This document shows, piece after piece, positions 9,653 to 19,405 of a stretch of 64,000 nucleotides of DNA. This stretch comes from Bdellovibrio sp. Its GTDB lineage: Bacteria; Bdellovibrionota; Bdellovibrionia; Bdellovibrionales; Bdellovibrionaceae. Both the position numbers and the translations under genes were made by a program. How positions within the stretch are numbered: the first letter of the stretch is position 1; each line of letters opens with the position of its first letter. The notes under the pieces were generated by a model that saw only the letters and a list, made by a program, of their open reading frames with translations, made no database searches and was not told the origin of the DNA. The DNA lies in NCBI GenBank assembly GCA_036677065.1, contig JAKFBS010000004.1:480001-544000 (forward strand). The letters are read 5' to 3'.

Positions 9653-10243
9653 ATGTCCAATATTCATATTCCAATAAAGGAAAAGTTAAAATCAATTCCC
9701 GAAATGCTGGGTATTAGACTTCATGAAGAGCCTCGTTATGAAACTGTCGAAAAAGATGGTGATTTTGAAATACGTGTCTATCAAAAACAACTTCGGGCCT
9801 CGGTGACCATTGAAAATATGCCCTTTGATGAGTTCAGAGAAAAAGCCTTTGATATTTTGACGGAGTATATTTATGGCGAAAATTCAAAAATAATTGATAT
9901 GACTTCTCCTGTGCTACAAAGCCAAACCAGCGATAACAGTTGGACGATGAGTGTTATTCTTCCCGAGAAAATTTCGCTGGGTGATGTGCCTAAGCCGTTA
10001 AATCCAGATATTCAAATTTCAGAAGTTAAAGCTGCCGATGTAGCTGTGTATTCGTATCACGGAACCAATTCGCTAGCAAAAATTGAAGCTCATAAAAAAG
10101 AATTACTTGATTGGCTGGATAAGCACCCAAAATACGAAGCGGCAGCTGAAGCATCGGCTGCGCAATACGATGCGCCTTTTGTTATTTCATTCATGAAGAA
10201 AAATGAAATTCACGTGCCGATCAGATCAATAGCTTTTGTTTAA
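9653..10243 (+). CDS. SOUL heme-binding family protein
   Basis: EEPRYETVEKDGDFEIRVY...YIYGEN...IDMTSPV...AQYDAPF...KNEI. Confidence 0.88.
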   Translation: MSNIHIPIKEKLKSIPEMLGIRLHEEPRYETVEKDGDFEIRVYQKQLRASVTIENMPFDEFREKAFDILTEYIYGENSKIIDMTSPVLQSQTSDNSWTMSVILPEKISLGDVPKPLNPDIQISEVKAADVAVYSYHGTNSLAKIEAHKKELLDWLDKHPKYEAAAEASAAQYDAPFVISFMKKNEIHVPIRSIAFV

Positions 10244-10704
10244 GTCGTGTAATAGCGGTAGAGGTAATTTGTTCGTTGTCCGGTGAAATAGCCAGACAAG
10301 ATGCCACTTAAGACAAGCTCCCAATCGAAGTAGCGTATGTACGCGACGGGATCAGTTGCCTGAAGATAGCCGAAGAAGTATTTCATCACAAAAATTCCAA
10401 GAAGAATAATAATCAACGAAGAGCTTCCGGGAATTTGAATAGACTTAATATCTTTTAAAACCTTGATCGGAGAGTTTCGCACTTTTACAAAACCTGCGAA
10501 AAGTCCCGCTGACAAGCCGACAAGATAGATCCATGCATCGGGCGAAAGAAAAACTTTAAATTTTAAGGCGATTAAGGCCAGTGGCAAGAAAATCAATTTA
10601 TCGAGTGTAACTATGCGGGGTTTTAAGGCCTGTATGCCGACATACAAAAGATAAACTAAAATTCCCCAAACCCAAATAGGCGTGTTTCTGATGATATCAA
10701 CCAT
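10240..10704 (-). CDS. Membrane protein (CcdC/DUF1453-like)
   Basis: TPIWVW start, about 5 TM segments, IPGS motif. Confidence 0.7.
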   Translation of the reverse strand: MVDIIRNTPIWVWGILVYLLYVGIQALKPRIVTLDKLIFLPLALIALKFKVFLSPDAWIYLVGLSAGLFAGFVKVRNSPIKVLKDIKSIQIPGSSSLIIILLGIFVMKYFFGYLQATDPVAYIRYFDWELVLSGILSGYFTGQRTNYLYRYYTT

Positions 10705-10742
10705 GACCTAAGGTTAATGTTGATTAATCCTTAGGGCAAGAT

Positions 10743-11546
10743 TTATGTCCGACGTTTTGGTGTAGCAGATTTTTTACGAACAACTTCTTCTTCACCATCT
10801 AAATCCACATCGGCATCATCATTGATCGTTCTGTCTTCGATCACTTTGCCGGTTGTTAACGCTTTCGCAGCTAAATCTTTATGGTAAGCAAAGATGACTC
10901 CGCCATCTTTAAATAAGTTATTCATCTTTTTAATCAATGTTGTAGAAACCGCAGGGCAGCCCCAGCTTCTTCCAAGGCGGCCTGTTTGGTTCAAGAATTT
11001 TTCAGAAACATAAGTTGCACCATGCATGACGATATAACGATTGATCGCATTCTTATTTGAATGATCGATGCCATGCAAATTTAATGAAGCCCCGTGGCCG
11101 CCGTTATAAAGACTGCCGCCAACATATAAACCTAAAGATGACATTTTTGACTTGTCGACATTTGAAAATTTTGTCGCAAAACGAACGCCTGAACCTTTGC
11201 CGTGAGCCACATGGTGTTTCGTTAGATCACCGGTTTTGATATTCATAATATATAAACGGCGCACATCTGATGGTAGAGTAAAATCGATAACCGCAAGCCA
11301 TTCAGTTTTAACATTGATTTGTCTGGTGCCAGCGGTTTCAGTTCTTGTTTTTTTAGTCGTTACTTTAATGGGTTTTCCGCCATGTTCATTTAAAAAATCG
11401 AACGTGCGTTTTAAGGCCGCAGCGGGTACGCCTTTTTTTACGAATAAGTTAAAAACCGGTTCATCTTTGATTTTAAGAGCATAAAAATCGGTCGCAAAGC
11501 AATTGAAGCTAAAAAGAATAACTGCGATAAAACTTAGTCTTTGCAT
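10743..11546 (-). CDS. Murein L,D-transpeptidase (YkuD_2 type), exported
   Basis: VIDFTLPS, VAHGKGSG, FSN...SSLG, IVMHGA, GRSWGCPA. Confidence 0.92.
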   Translation of the reverse strand: MQRLSFIAVILFSFNCFATDFYALKIKDEPVFNLFVKKGVPAAALKRTFDFLNEHGGKPIKVTTKKTRTETAGTRQINVKTEWLAVIDFTLPSDVRRLYIMNIKTGDLTKHHVAHGKGSGVRFATKFSNVDKSKMSSLGLYVGGSLYNGGHGASLNLHGIDHSNKNAINRYIVMHGATYVSEKFLNQTGRLGRSWGCPAVSTTLIKKMNNLFKDGGVIFAYHKDLAAKALTTGKVIEDRTINDDADVDLDGEEEVVRKKSATPKRRT

Positions 11547-11586
11547 AAACGTTCCTTTGACTTAAAAGATTTCAAATTGGTTATTA

Positions 11587-11656
11587 GCTAGAAGTGTACC
11601 TAGCTGAATAGTTGTTTAATTCGAGTACCCCGCTAAAACTGTCCAGTTCGTGGACA
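11587..11656 (-). promoter_or_regulatory. Possible sigma54 promoter with upstream palindrome for the L,D-transpeptidase
   Basis: Minus strand TAGGTAC-N5-TAGC (GG-N10-GC, 11587-11602); palindrome TGTCCA-N5-TGGACA at 11640-11656. Confidence 0.4.
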
Positions 11657-11844
11657 CTTAAGCGCTCTTAGGCACGCTAAAAATGGCACTTCGGTTACCT
11701 TAGGTAGGCGGCTTTTTGCTTAGATTGCATGCATTAAAATAACTCTAAGCTCGCCTAATTAGCACAGCAGAGAAAAGTCATTATTAGCTGGCAATTAGTG
11801 CGGTCTTTAAGCATTATGAGCGCTTATTAAATAAAGAGGCACAT

Positions 11845-12285
11845 ATGAAATCAATTACTGAATTCCAACCAACTACATTACAAAAAGTTTTAGCAGCAAA
11901 AAATACTTTAACTGCTGAAGGTAAAACTGCTGAAGAAATTTCTGCAGCTATTGGCGAAACTTTTAAATATGAAGGTGATAAAATTAAATACGCTTTAGCG
12001 GCTGCTGAATTAGCAAAAGATCAAACTTCTATTCGCCGTGTATTAGTAGCTACTTTTGGTGAAGGTGAAAAACCAGCTCCACAATACCAACAAGTTGAAG
12101 ACACTTATTACAAAGTTGAAACTTTCAATGCAGCTCCAGTAGCTCGCGCTGAAAAAGTTGATCCACGCAACGCTCGTCGCGGCGGTGGTGGTGGTAAACG
12201 TGAAGGTGGCCCTAAAGGTTCTCCATGGGGTATGACTCCTGAAGAAAAAGCAGCTAAAAATAAACCAGCTGCTCCAAAAGCTTAA
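11845..12285 (+). CDS. Hypothetical protein, probably highly expressed, with basic Gly/Arg tail
   Basis: SD GAGG; strong GCT/ACT/GAA/AAA/GGT codon bias; own terminator. Confidence 0.85.
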   Translation: MKSITEFQPTTLQKVLAAKNTLTAEGKTAEEISAAIGETFKYEGDKIKYALAAAELAKDQTSIRRVLVATFGEGEKPAPQYQQVEDTYYKVETFNAAPVARAEKVDPRNARRGGGGGKREGGPKGSPWGMTPEEKAAKNKPAAPKA

Positions 12286-12310
12286 TTTAAAAAAAACAGT
12301 TCTTTAATCG

Positions 12311-12340
12311 AAATGAGTGTGAAAGCACTCATTTTGTTTT
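12311..12340 (+). terminator. Rho-independent terminator
   Basis: AAATGAGTGT-GAAA-GCACTCATTT followed by TGTTTTT. Confidence 0.75.
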
Positions 12341-12355
12341 TGTGGATAACAACTA

Positions 12356-12910
12356 ATGGATAATCCTGCAGAAAAACCCGTATTTAATTTTTTATCTTTT
12401 CCTGGAACAATTCATTTAATTACAAATGACCAACAGCTGCAGGCTATCGCTACTGATTTAGCCGCCGCCAAAGAACTTGGTTTTGATACCGAGACCAGAC
12501 CCAGCTTCAAAAAGGGTGAAGTCCACAATGTAGCGATGCTGCAGTTATCAACTGAAACCGACGCTTACATCATTCGCTTCGGTCATATCTCAAATTTTCA
12601 GGTGCTTATCAATATTTTTGAAAACCCGGCCGTTGTTAAAGTCGGTGCGGCTATTCGTGATGACTTAAAACAATTGCAAAAAAGATTTCAGTTTGTACCA
12701 CAAAATTTTATCGAGCTGCAAAATGTTGCGAAGGTTAAAGGTCTAAAAAATATGGGCTTAAAAGGTATGACAGAAGAAGTTTTGCACGCCACTATTTCGA
12801 AAGGACCAAAAACTACAAACTGGGAATTGCCGGTCTTATCAGAACGACAAATCAAATACGCGGCCACTGATGCCTGGATCGGGCTTACACTTTTTCAGAA
12901 ACTAAAATAG
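12356..12910 (+). CDS. DEDDy 3'-5' exonuclease (RNase D/WRN-like)
   Basis: GFDTE, LQLS, DDLKQL, YAATDAW. Confidence 0.92.
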   Translation: MDNPAEKPVFNFLSFPGTIHLITNDQQLQAIATDLAAAKELGFDTETRPSFKKGEVHNVAMLQLSTETDAYIIRFGHISNFQVLINIFENPAVVKVGAAIRDDLKQLQKRFQFVPQNFIELQNVAKVKGLKNMGLKGMTEEVLHATISKGPKTTNWELPVLSERQIKYAATDAWIGLTLFQKLK

Positions 12911-12914
12911 TTTA

Positions 12915-14438
12915 ATGAACTTTTTAAGATTACCAGACATTTTACTTTCTGTTCTTTTTGAAGATGAAGACATTCTGGCGATTGATAAACCTTACGGTTT
13001 TAATGCGCACACCAATGATTCAAAAATTGAACATTCTAATTTTATTCAAGATGGCCTAATCGAGATCTATGAAAAACACCTGGACCGTAAACTGCATATC
13101 ATTCATCGCCTTGATCAAACTACAACCGGTGTCATGATATTTGGTAAATCCGTAGAATCAGCTAAAAAATACGCTGAATATTTTTTTAATCGTGAAGTTA
13201 AAAAAACTTATGTTTTTGTAACTAAAAACAAATCTGAAAAAAAATCTTTTACGATCAATCAACAGATTATTCACAAAGCTAAAGAACTAGATGCAGAAAC
13301 AGATTTAAAATTCGTAAAAAAATCTGCCAACTTTGAACTATGGCAAGCTAATCCACACACAGGGCGTAACCATCAGATTCGTATTCATGCAAAGGCCGCC
13401 GGGTTATCTATCTTAGGTGATAGTAAATATGACGGTCATAACTATTCATTTTTATGCCTGCACAACTGTCGTATTGAATTTCCGAACGGGATTGTGATTT
13501 TATCGCAGATGCCCGCGTATTTTGAAAGTATGTCTTTATTAGATGATGTCGTGCTTGCTCGCGCCTATTTTGAAGCTGATCGCAGGCTTAGATTATTTGC
13601 CAAGGCGGGTAATGACCAATGTTATCGTCTAAGTCATAAGGATTCAGATTTTACGATTGATCAGTTTGGTGAAACCGTGGCTTTGACGTGGTTAAAAGAA
13701 CGTTGGACAAGTACTGATTCAGAAAAATTCTCAAAGTTTGCAAAAGCTCTGGGTAAGCAGCTGATCGTTCAAAAAGTACATTCAGAAACTAAGACTCAAA
13801 CTTGGGTTGCTGCTGAGGGCACAGTTAAATATGAACTTCGTAGTGATGCTGGCCAAGTTGGCGGTTTATTTTTAAATCAGAGATTACAGCGAAACTGGAT
13901 TTTGAATAATTCTGAAAATAAATCTGTCTTAAATATTTTTTCTCAGACGGCCACAGCCAGCGTTGCTGCGGCCTTAGGTAAAGCCGCCCAAGTCACTTCG
14001 GTTGAAACCAGTAAAAAATCTTTAGAATGGGCTAAGAAAAATTTTGAATTAAATCAGTTAACAGGAGATATGTATAAATTTTTGTATCGCGATAGCTTAA
14101 CATTTCTGGATCAGTGCAAATCTAAAGGTCATACTTTTGATTTAATTATTTGCGATGCTCCAGGTTTTTTTCGTCGTGAAAAAGGCGTTTTTAAAATTGA
14201 AAACAACCTTGAAGACTTAATTAAAAGCTGTCTGCAATGCTTAGCTAACAAGGGCCAAGTTCTTTTTTCAACTAGTTTTGATGCGTTATTTATCGATGAC
14301 GTACGCAAAGCTATCGTCAAAGTGCAAAAAGACTTAAAAATAGATAAACTTGAAATTAATTGTATTTTGCCTTCGTTAGATTTTGAGTTGCCTGACGAAA
14401 AAGTTGGTTTAAAATCATTTTTGATCGGAAAAATTTGA
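12915..14438 (+). CDS. RluA-type pseudouridine synthase fused to an RlmI/RlmK-like SAM methyltransferase
   Basis: IDKPYG, HRLDQTTTG, TGRNHQIRIH, ILGDSKY; then GLFLNQRLQR, VLNIFS, FDLIICDAPGF. Confidence 0.88.
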   Translation: MNFLRLPDILLSVLFEDEDILAIDKPYGFNAHTNDSKIEHSNFIQDGLIEIYEKHLDRKLHIIHRLDQTTTGVMIFGKSVESAKKYAEYFFNREVKKTYVFVTKNKSEKKSFTINQQIIHKAKELDAETDLKFVKKSANFELWQANPHTGRNHQIRIHAKAAGLSILGDSKYDGHNYSFLCLHNCRIEFPNGIVILSQMPAYFESMSLLDDVVLARAYFEADRRLRLFAKAGNDQCYRLSHKDSDFTIDQFGETVALTWLKERWTSTDSEKFSKFAKALGKQLIVQKVHSETKTQTWVAAEGTVKYELRSDAGQVGGLFLNQRLQRNWILNNSENKSVLNIFSQTATASVAAALGKAAQVTSVETSKKSLEWAKKNFELNQLTGDMYKFLYRDSLTFLDQCKSKGHTFDLIICDAPGFFRREKGVFKIENNLEDLIKSCLQCLANKGQVLFSTSFDALFIDDVRKAIVKVQKDLKIDKLEINCILPSLDFELPDEKVGLKSFLIGKI

Positions 14439-14457
14439 TGACATGGAGAAATAGCTC

Positions 14458-14485
14458 TAAAGTCTTAAGTACTTAAGTCCGATTA
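14458..14485 (+). promoter_or_regulatory. sigma28(FliA)-like promoter of the chaperone-usher operon
   Basis: TAAAG-N15-TCCGATTA; spacer holds the palindrome CTTAAGTACTTAAG (14464-14477). Confidence 0.6.
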
Positions 14486-14492
14486 GCTATCT

Positions 14493-14732
14493 ATGAAGAT
14501 TCTTGTGATTATAGCACTAACTCTTTGGTCTTGTGATTATATCAATGCTAGGCCCTTGTACCTGTCTGGAGTAGTACCTTTGTCTGGTGAAATGCTGGTT
14601 TCAGAAGCTGCAAACGGGCAAATCAACATTACCTCAAAAGGCAGCAGCCGCTTTAAATTAAAACGTATTCATAAGCGTCCGTTAGCTTCAAACGAAAAGG
14701 TCATTCTCATGTACGCGCTAGAGGCCCCTTAG
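14493..14732 (+). CDS. Small exported pilin-like protein
   Basis: Signal-like N-terminus; LYLSGVVP resembles LLLLGTVP of the major subunit. Confidence 0.6.
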   Translation: MKILVIIALTLWSCDYINARPLYLSGVVPLSGEMLVSEAANGQINITSKGSSRFKLKRIHKRPLASNEKVILMYALEAP

Positions 14733-14791
14733 CTAGTACAGTTCTATCTTAAACTATACCTGAACAAGCCAAATGCCTTTATTCTTAAGTT

Positions 14792-15520
14792 ATGAAAAAG
14801 ATTATATTTTTTGTGCTTTTGATAGTTTGCTTTAAGGCTATGGCCTTTAAACTTTCGCCGATGGTTATTAACTTTGCGCCAACCGGCAATAAAGCCACGC
14901 AAGTTTTAACCTTAGAAAACAATGCGAACGAAAAAGTTCCGGTTCAAATCGAAGTCTTTACTCGTGACGTCGATATTAAGGGTGAAGAAATTCGTAAAGC
15001 CAGTGAAGACTTTAACGTTTATCCAGAACAACTTGTTATATTACCTAACGAAAAGCGTAACGTGCGAGTCACGTACACGGGTGCAAAAAGTTTTGATGTT
15101 GAAAAGGCTTTTCGTATTGTCGCTACGCAGATTCCTGTTGAATTCAAAGAGCGCAATGCAAAAGCCCAAACTAAAAAAACTAATTTGAATTTTTTAATTC
15201 AATACGTGGCTTCGGCCTATGTGGCAGCAGATGGCGTTTTTTCAAAGATCGTTGTTAAAGAAGCAAAACTAATTTCAAATAAAAAACTTTCAATTACCAT
15301 TGCTAACGAAGGCTCCGCGCACAAGGTGCTTAAAGCTAAAACACTCAGGGTGCTGGCGGATAAAGAAAAATTAACTGAAGTCGACGCTCCTAAAGAACTT
15401 GATTCTATTAACTTTTTAGCTAAAACCGAGCGCACGATAATATTTAGCTTACCTAAAGATATTAAAATGTCTGATAAAAAAATCACTGCAGAATTTGATT
15501 ACATAGAATCTGGCGATTAA
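14792..15520 (+). CDS. Fimbrial periplasmic chaperone
   Basis: LSPM...FNVYPEQLVILPNEKRNVRV...EKAFRIVATQIP...NEGSAH. Confidence 0.9.
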   Translation: MKKIIFFVLLIVCFKAMAFKLSPMVINFAPTGNKATQVLTLENNANEKVPVQIEVFTRDVDIKGEEIRKASEDFNVYPEQLVILPNEKRNVRVTYTGAKSFDVEKAFRIVATQIPVEFKERNAKAQTKKTNLNFLIQYVASAYVAADGVFSKIVVKEAKLISNKKLSITIANEGSAHKVLKAKTLRVLADKEKLTEVDAPKELDSINFLAKTERTIIFSLPKDIKMSDKKITAEFDYIESGD

Positions 15521-15522
15521 GA

Positions 15523-17940
15523 ATGCAAAGAAAGAGTTTATTCGTTTTTCTAACAACTTTAAGCCTTATCGTGCCAATCGCAGCACAAGCCGTAGGGGCA
15601 TTTCCGACGATGGGAAAGCCTTACTTAGTTGCGCCGGTTACTTTAGATAATGCCGCTCGCGAAGATGCCTGGATTTATCCGCGCGAAAATTTTGAAACTG
15701 GCGAAAAAGAAGTTTTTATCGAAGCTGAACCACTTTTTAATTTGTTAGGCGGAAAACTAACGCAAGCTAGGGTAGAGAGCTTAAAAAAATTAGTCAGTCC
15801 GCAAGGCACGTTAAGTTTGAAAACGCTTCAAGCTTCTGGATTGTCAGCGCAGTTTGACTTTAATTCATTAGAGTTAAGTTTAGCGATTCCGCTTAAATAC
15901 CGCGAAACGACTGATTTACTTCTTAATAAAACAAACGACAAAGCCAAAGCACTTAGCCCTGAGCCCCAGAGTGGCTATTTGAATTTCAGAGTTAGTCAGG
16001 CTTTTCGTCATGAAAATGACGAATCACTTCCATTAGTAGCACGTGCAGACTTGGTCGAAAATATAAATGGCTATGTTTTAGAATCAGGCGCAGATTTTCA
16101 GGATCGTTCAGAATATTCTTGGCACAGACAAGATACGCGCCTGCGTAAAGACGATGAAGATCGCATGATTCGATACACGCTGGGCGATTTATCGCTATCG
16201 GGCCATGGGCATCAACAAGTGCCATCGATGGCCGGCGTATCAGTTGTTCGCGAATTCTCAATTCAGCCGTATAGAACATTACGACCGTTAACTGCCACAG
16301 AAGTTTCAATCAAAAGATCATCAGTCATCAGTGTATTTATTAATGGGTTTTTATACACTGAGCTTCGAGTTGGTGCTGGAATTTTTAATATTCGCGATTT
16401 TCCGCTGGCATTAGGTCAAAACAATGTGCGCATTAAGGTGCGTGATGACCTAGGGCAAGAAGAGTTTTATGAATTTTCGACGATTTTCGAAGACAGCATT
16501 TTAGCCAAAGGGTTAAGTGAATTTACTTATAGCGCGGGTATGCCTTGGGTTAATGCAGCTGCCGATCGTGCTTATGAGAGTGAACATTTAATGACTCACC
16601 TGTATCATCGATATGGCCTTACTGATAGCTTTACGGCAGGACTGAATTTTCAAAATTACATCAATCAATCGCTTATAGGTATTGAAGGTTCGGGTGTAAC
16701 TGGTATTGGCTATTTATCGGCATACTTTTCACAATCGTCAGTTTCTGCAACCACAGGCTTCGCTCAGCGTTATCAGTATCGTACATTTAATCGTTTAGCA
16801 GGTGATCAGTTTCCGTTAGTCTTCAAAGCTGAATATGAAGTACATGATCAAAGTTTTTCTTTACAAAATTTCAAATATCGTTGTGATGCACAGTTTAGTT
16901 ATCAAGCTTCAGAAAAGTTTTCTTTAAGTTTCGGCGGTGGTCGCATCGAACATTTTGCGGCAGCAAATCAAAATTATTATAACACTAATTTGGTTTTTAA
17001 TTTTTGGCCGAATTATCGTGTAGAAGTTGGTTATACAAAAAATTACGGACAGGAACCAGAAGATCGAGGCTTATTATCGTTCAATTGGGTAGAGCCTCGC
17101 GGTCGTTATAGCGCCAACGCTTATTACGATACGTTAAAAAACACCAGTAATTTATCAGCTAGTCAAAACAACACCTATAATTATGATGACTACCGTTTAG
17201 CCTTAAGCGGGCAAAGCAGCGACACCGGTGAGACTTTAAATATTTGGGGTGAATACTTAACTCAGCCTGGAAGTGTGCGCTTAGAACAATATTCAAGTAA
17301 CTTGGGCGGTGTGCAAGAAAATGTAAGCACACTGGGTATGAATACTGGGTTTGCATGGACTGGGTCTGAATTGCATGGGTATCACGGAGCATTTACGCAG
17401 CCAATCAGTGATAGTTTTACGTTAGTGCATGCAGAAAATCTTCCTGAAAATCATGCTGTCGTAATTAATCCAATTGATGTTAAAGGTGAAGGCGAAGTTT
17501 TGAATAATCAAAGTGTAATCATTCGTGATCAAACGGCATATTATAAATATAATCTAAACGTGGATACGACAACGCTTCCGATTGGGTATCCCTTAGAAAA
17601 AGAATATTTTAAAGTGCAACCAACGTATAAAAGTGGGCTGTATTTTTCGCTGAAGTTCACGCATAAAACTGTTATCAAAGGGCGATTGTTAGATTCGCAA
17701 AAAAACCCGCTAGCTTTTGTGGCCGGTGATATTTTAAATGCAAAGGGCGAACTTGTGGACAACTCATTTTTTACCAATAAGAATGGCCGATTTTATATTG
17801 AAGGTTTAGAAGATGGTACTTATACACTGACGACAGATAGAACAAATTTAGAATCAATCACAATCGAAGTCATCAAAAGTGAAAACAACATTCTTAATCT
17901 AAATGATGTGACGGTTAAAACCTATGGAGAAATTAAATGA
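15523..17940 (+). CDS. Fimbrial outer-membrane usher
   Basis: 805 aa; TLGDL, GIFNIRDFPLALGQNNVRIKVRDDLG, YHRYGLTDSFTAG; C-terminal FFTNKNGRF. Confidence 0.92.
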   Translation: MQRKSLFVFLTTLSLIVPIAAQAVGAFPTMGKPYLVAPVTLDNAAREDAWIYPRENFETGEKEVFIEAEPLFNLLGGKLTQARVESLKKLVSPQGTLSLKTLQASGLSAQFDFNSLELSLAIPLKYRETTDLLLNKTNDKAKALSPEPQSGYLNFRVSQAFRHENDESLPLVARADLVENINGYVLESGADFQDRSEYSWHRQDTRLRKDDEDRMIRYTLGDLSLSGHGHQQVPSMAGVSVVREFSIQPYRTLRPLTATEVSIKRSSVISVFINGFLYTELRVGAGIFNIRDFPLALGQNNVRIKVRDDLGQEEFYEFSTIFEDSILAKGLSEFTYSAGMPWVNAAADRAYESEHLMTHLYHRYGLTDSFTAGLNFQNYINQSLIGIEGSGVTGIGYLSAYFSQSSVSATTGFAQRYQYRTFNRLAGDQFPLVFKAEYEVHDQSFSLQNFKYRCDAQFSYQASEKFSLSFGGGRIEHFAAANQNYYNTNLVFNFWPNYRVEVGYTKNYGQEPEDRGLLSFNWVEPRGRYSANAYYDTLKNTSNLSASQNNTYNYDDYRLALSGQSSDTGETLNIWGEYLTQPGSVRLEQYSSNLGGVQENVSTLGMNTGFAWTGSELHGYHGAFTQPISDSFTLVHAENLPENHAVVINPIDVKGEGEVLNNQSVIIRDQTAYYKYNLNVDTTTLPIGYPLEKEYFKVQPTYKSGLYFSLKFTHKTVIKGRLLDSQKNPLAFVAGDILNAKGELVDNSFFTNKNGRFYIEGLEDGTYTLTTDRTNLESITIEVIKSENNILNLNDVTVKTYGEIK

Positions 17941-18872
17941 TGAACTCATTAAAAACCACAGGCCTATTTTTTATTTTTATTTTTTTTGCTGGATTAAAAG
18001 TAAGTGCAGCAGCTTGTAGCGACATGCAACTTCGGCCTGTGGGTACAGCGTATCATTTTTCTTCAAGCCTGATTGTGAACCCATCTGTTTTAGTTACTGC
18101 CATTACCAAAGACGGTGGCTGCGATTTTTTCTTAACTGTTGGTTATGGCGTAGCCATGTCATATTTAACTCGCAGACTCGTTAACGGTGTCGTCGAATGG
18201 CCAGTAATAATCAGTAAAGACGCAGCTGGTAGCCATTATTTAAAAAAAATAGATTTGGCCAGCAGTTCTAATGACATTGTTACCGGAACCCTGCCTCCTG
18301 CAAATTACTCTGCTAGTGTTTGGGTCAATTTTTGGGCTCAACTTTTTTCTGCTTCTGGAAGAGCCGCTGGCAACTACTCGGATTCATTTGTGGTCACGCT
18401 TTATAAAGGAACATTAGCCAATCATACTCTAGTGGGATCATATACTCTGAGTTTATATATGAATGTTGCTAAAGAGGTCGATATTTCTATTGTACCAACC
18501 GGCAGTACTTTTAATATTGCGGATACAACTGAAGATATTAATTTTGGTGTCCTTGAACAAGGGGCAACTCGCACTGCAGATGTGATTTTAAAGTACAATG
18601 CGGGCTACAGACTTACAGCCTCATCGGCAAATAACAGTCGACTTAAACATGCCACGCAGAATACTTTTGTTCCTTACACGATTAATTTTGCTGGTTCAGC
18701 GGTGAATTTAACAAGCAGTGCAAATGCACCTGTGCAAATCAGGCAAGGCTCGGGTGTTTCTCCGGGCAGTGGATTAATCTTTCATACGGCTGTGACAATC
18801 GGAACACTCCCGGCCAATCAAACTAACGGGAGTTATACAGACACGATCACATTGACCGTGCAATCGCCATAA
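17937..18872 (+). CDS. Two-domain fimbrial tip adhesin (Csu/spore-coat-U-like)
   Basis: Signal peptide; two domains ending GNYSDSFVVT and GSYTDTITLTV. Confidence 0.8.
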   Translation: MMNSLKTTGLFFIFIFFAGLKVSAAACSDMQLRPVGTAYHFSSSLIVNPSVLVTAITKDGGCDFFLTVGYGVAMSYLTRRLVNGVVEWPVIISKDAAGSHYLKKIDLASSSNDIVTGTLPPANYSASVWVNFWAQLFSASGRAAGNYSDSFVVTLYKGTLANHTLVGSYTLSLYMNVAKEVDISIVPTGSTFNIADTTEDINFGVLEQGATRTADVILKYNAGYRLTASSANNSRLKHATQNTFVPYTINFAGSAVNLTSSANAPVQIRQGSGVSPGSGLIFHTAVTIGTLPANQTNGSYTDTITLTVQSP

Positions 18873-18876
18873 TATG

Positions 18877-18900
18877 AGTTGGCCCTAAAATTGGCCAACT
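18877..18900. terminator. Hairpin between convergent fimbrial genes
   Basis: AGTTGGCC-N8-GGCCAACT. Confidence 0.55.
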
Positions 18901-18922
18901 TGAAAAATAACCGAGAAAAAAA

Positions 18923-19405
18923 TTAATTAGCTACGATTGAAATCGTTAGTGTATCTTCGTAAGTTCCAGCTGGTGCTGTTGCAAACGCAGTAACATCGAC
19001 TGTAACAGCAGAGTTGTTTGTTGCTAAGCCAGATACTGAAGTTAAATTTTTCACCTCTAAAGGAGCCACTGTAGGGGCTACTGCTGCTGCGCCATCATAA
19101 CCGATTTGATACGATGTTTTTGCTGAAGCGTCTGACGTATTTACTAAAAATCCGCCTGAAGCTGAAGAGATATAGATTTTATAACCATTTAAGTTATTTG
19201 ATGTTTCAGCAACAGAAGCGACGTTTTTAGCTGATTCACCGGCTAATATATCTAATGTAGTGTTGTTAGGGCTGTTCGATGTTACGACAAGGTCATTAAC
19301 AACGGGAACTGTTCCAAGTAATAATAACGTGCCAGTCGACGCTGCGAAAGTTTGGGCGCTAAATGCTAATACGGCTAACGCCGTAACTAGTTTAGTTTTA
19401 TTCAT
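18923..19405 (-). CDS. Major fimbrial subunit (Csu/SCPU-like, cysteine-free)
   Basis: Signal peptide, SD AAGGAG, C-terminal PAGTYEDTLTISI. Confidence 0.82.
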   Translation of the reverse strand: MNKTKLVTALAVLAFSAQTFAASTGTLLLLGTVPVVNDLVVTSNSPNNTTLDILAGESAKNVASVAETSNNLNGYKIYISSASGGFLVNTSDASAKTSYQIGYDGAAAVAPTVAPLEVKNLTSVSGLATNNSAVTVDVTAFATAPAGTYEDTLTISIVAN

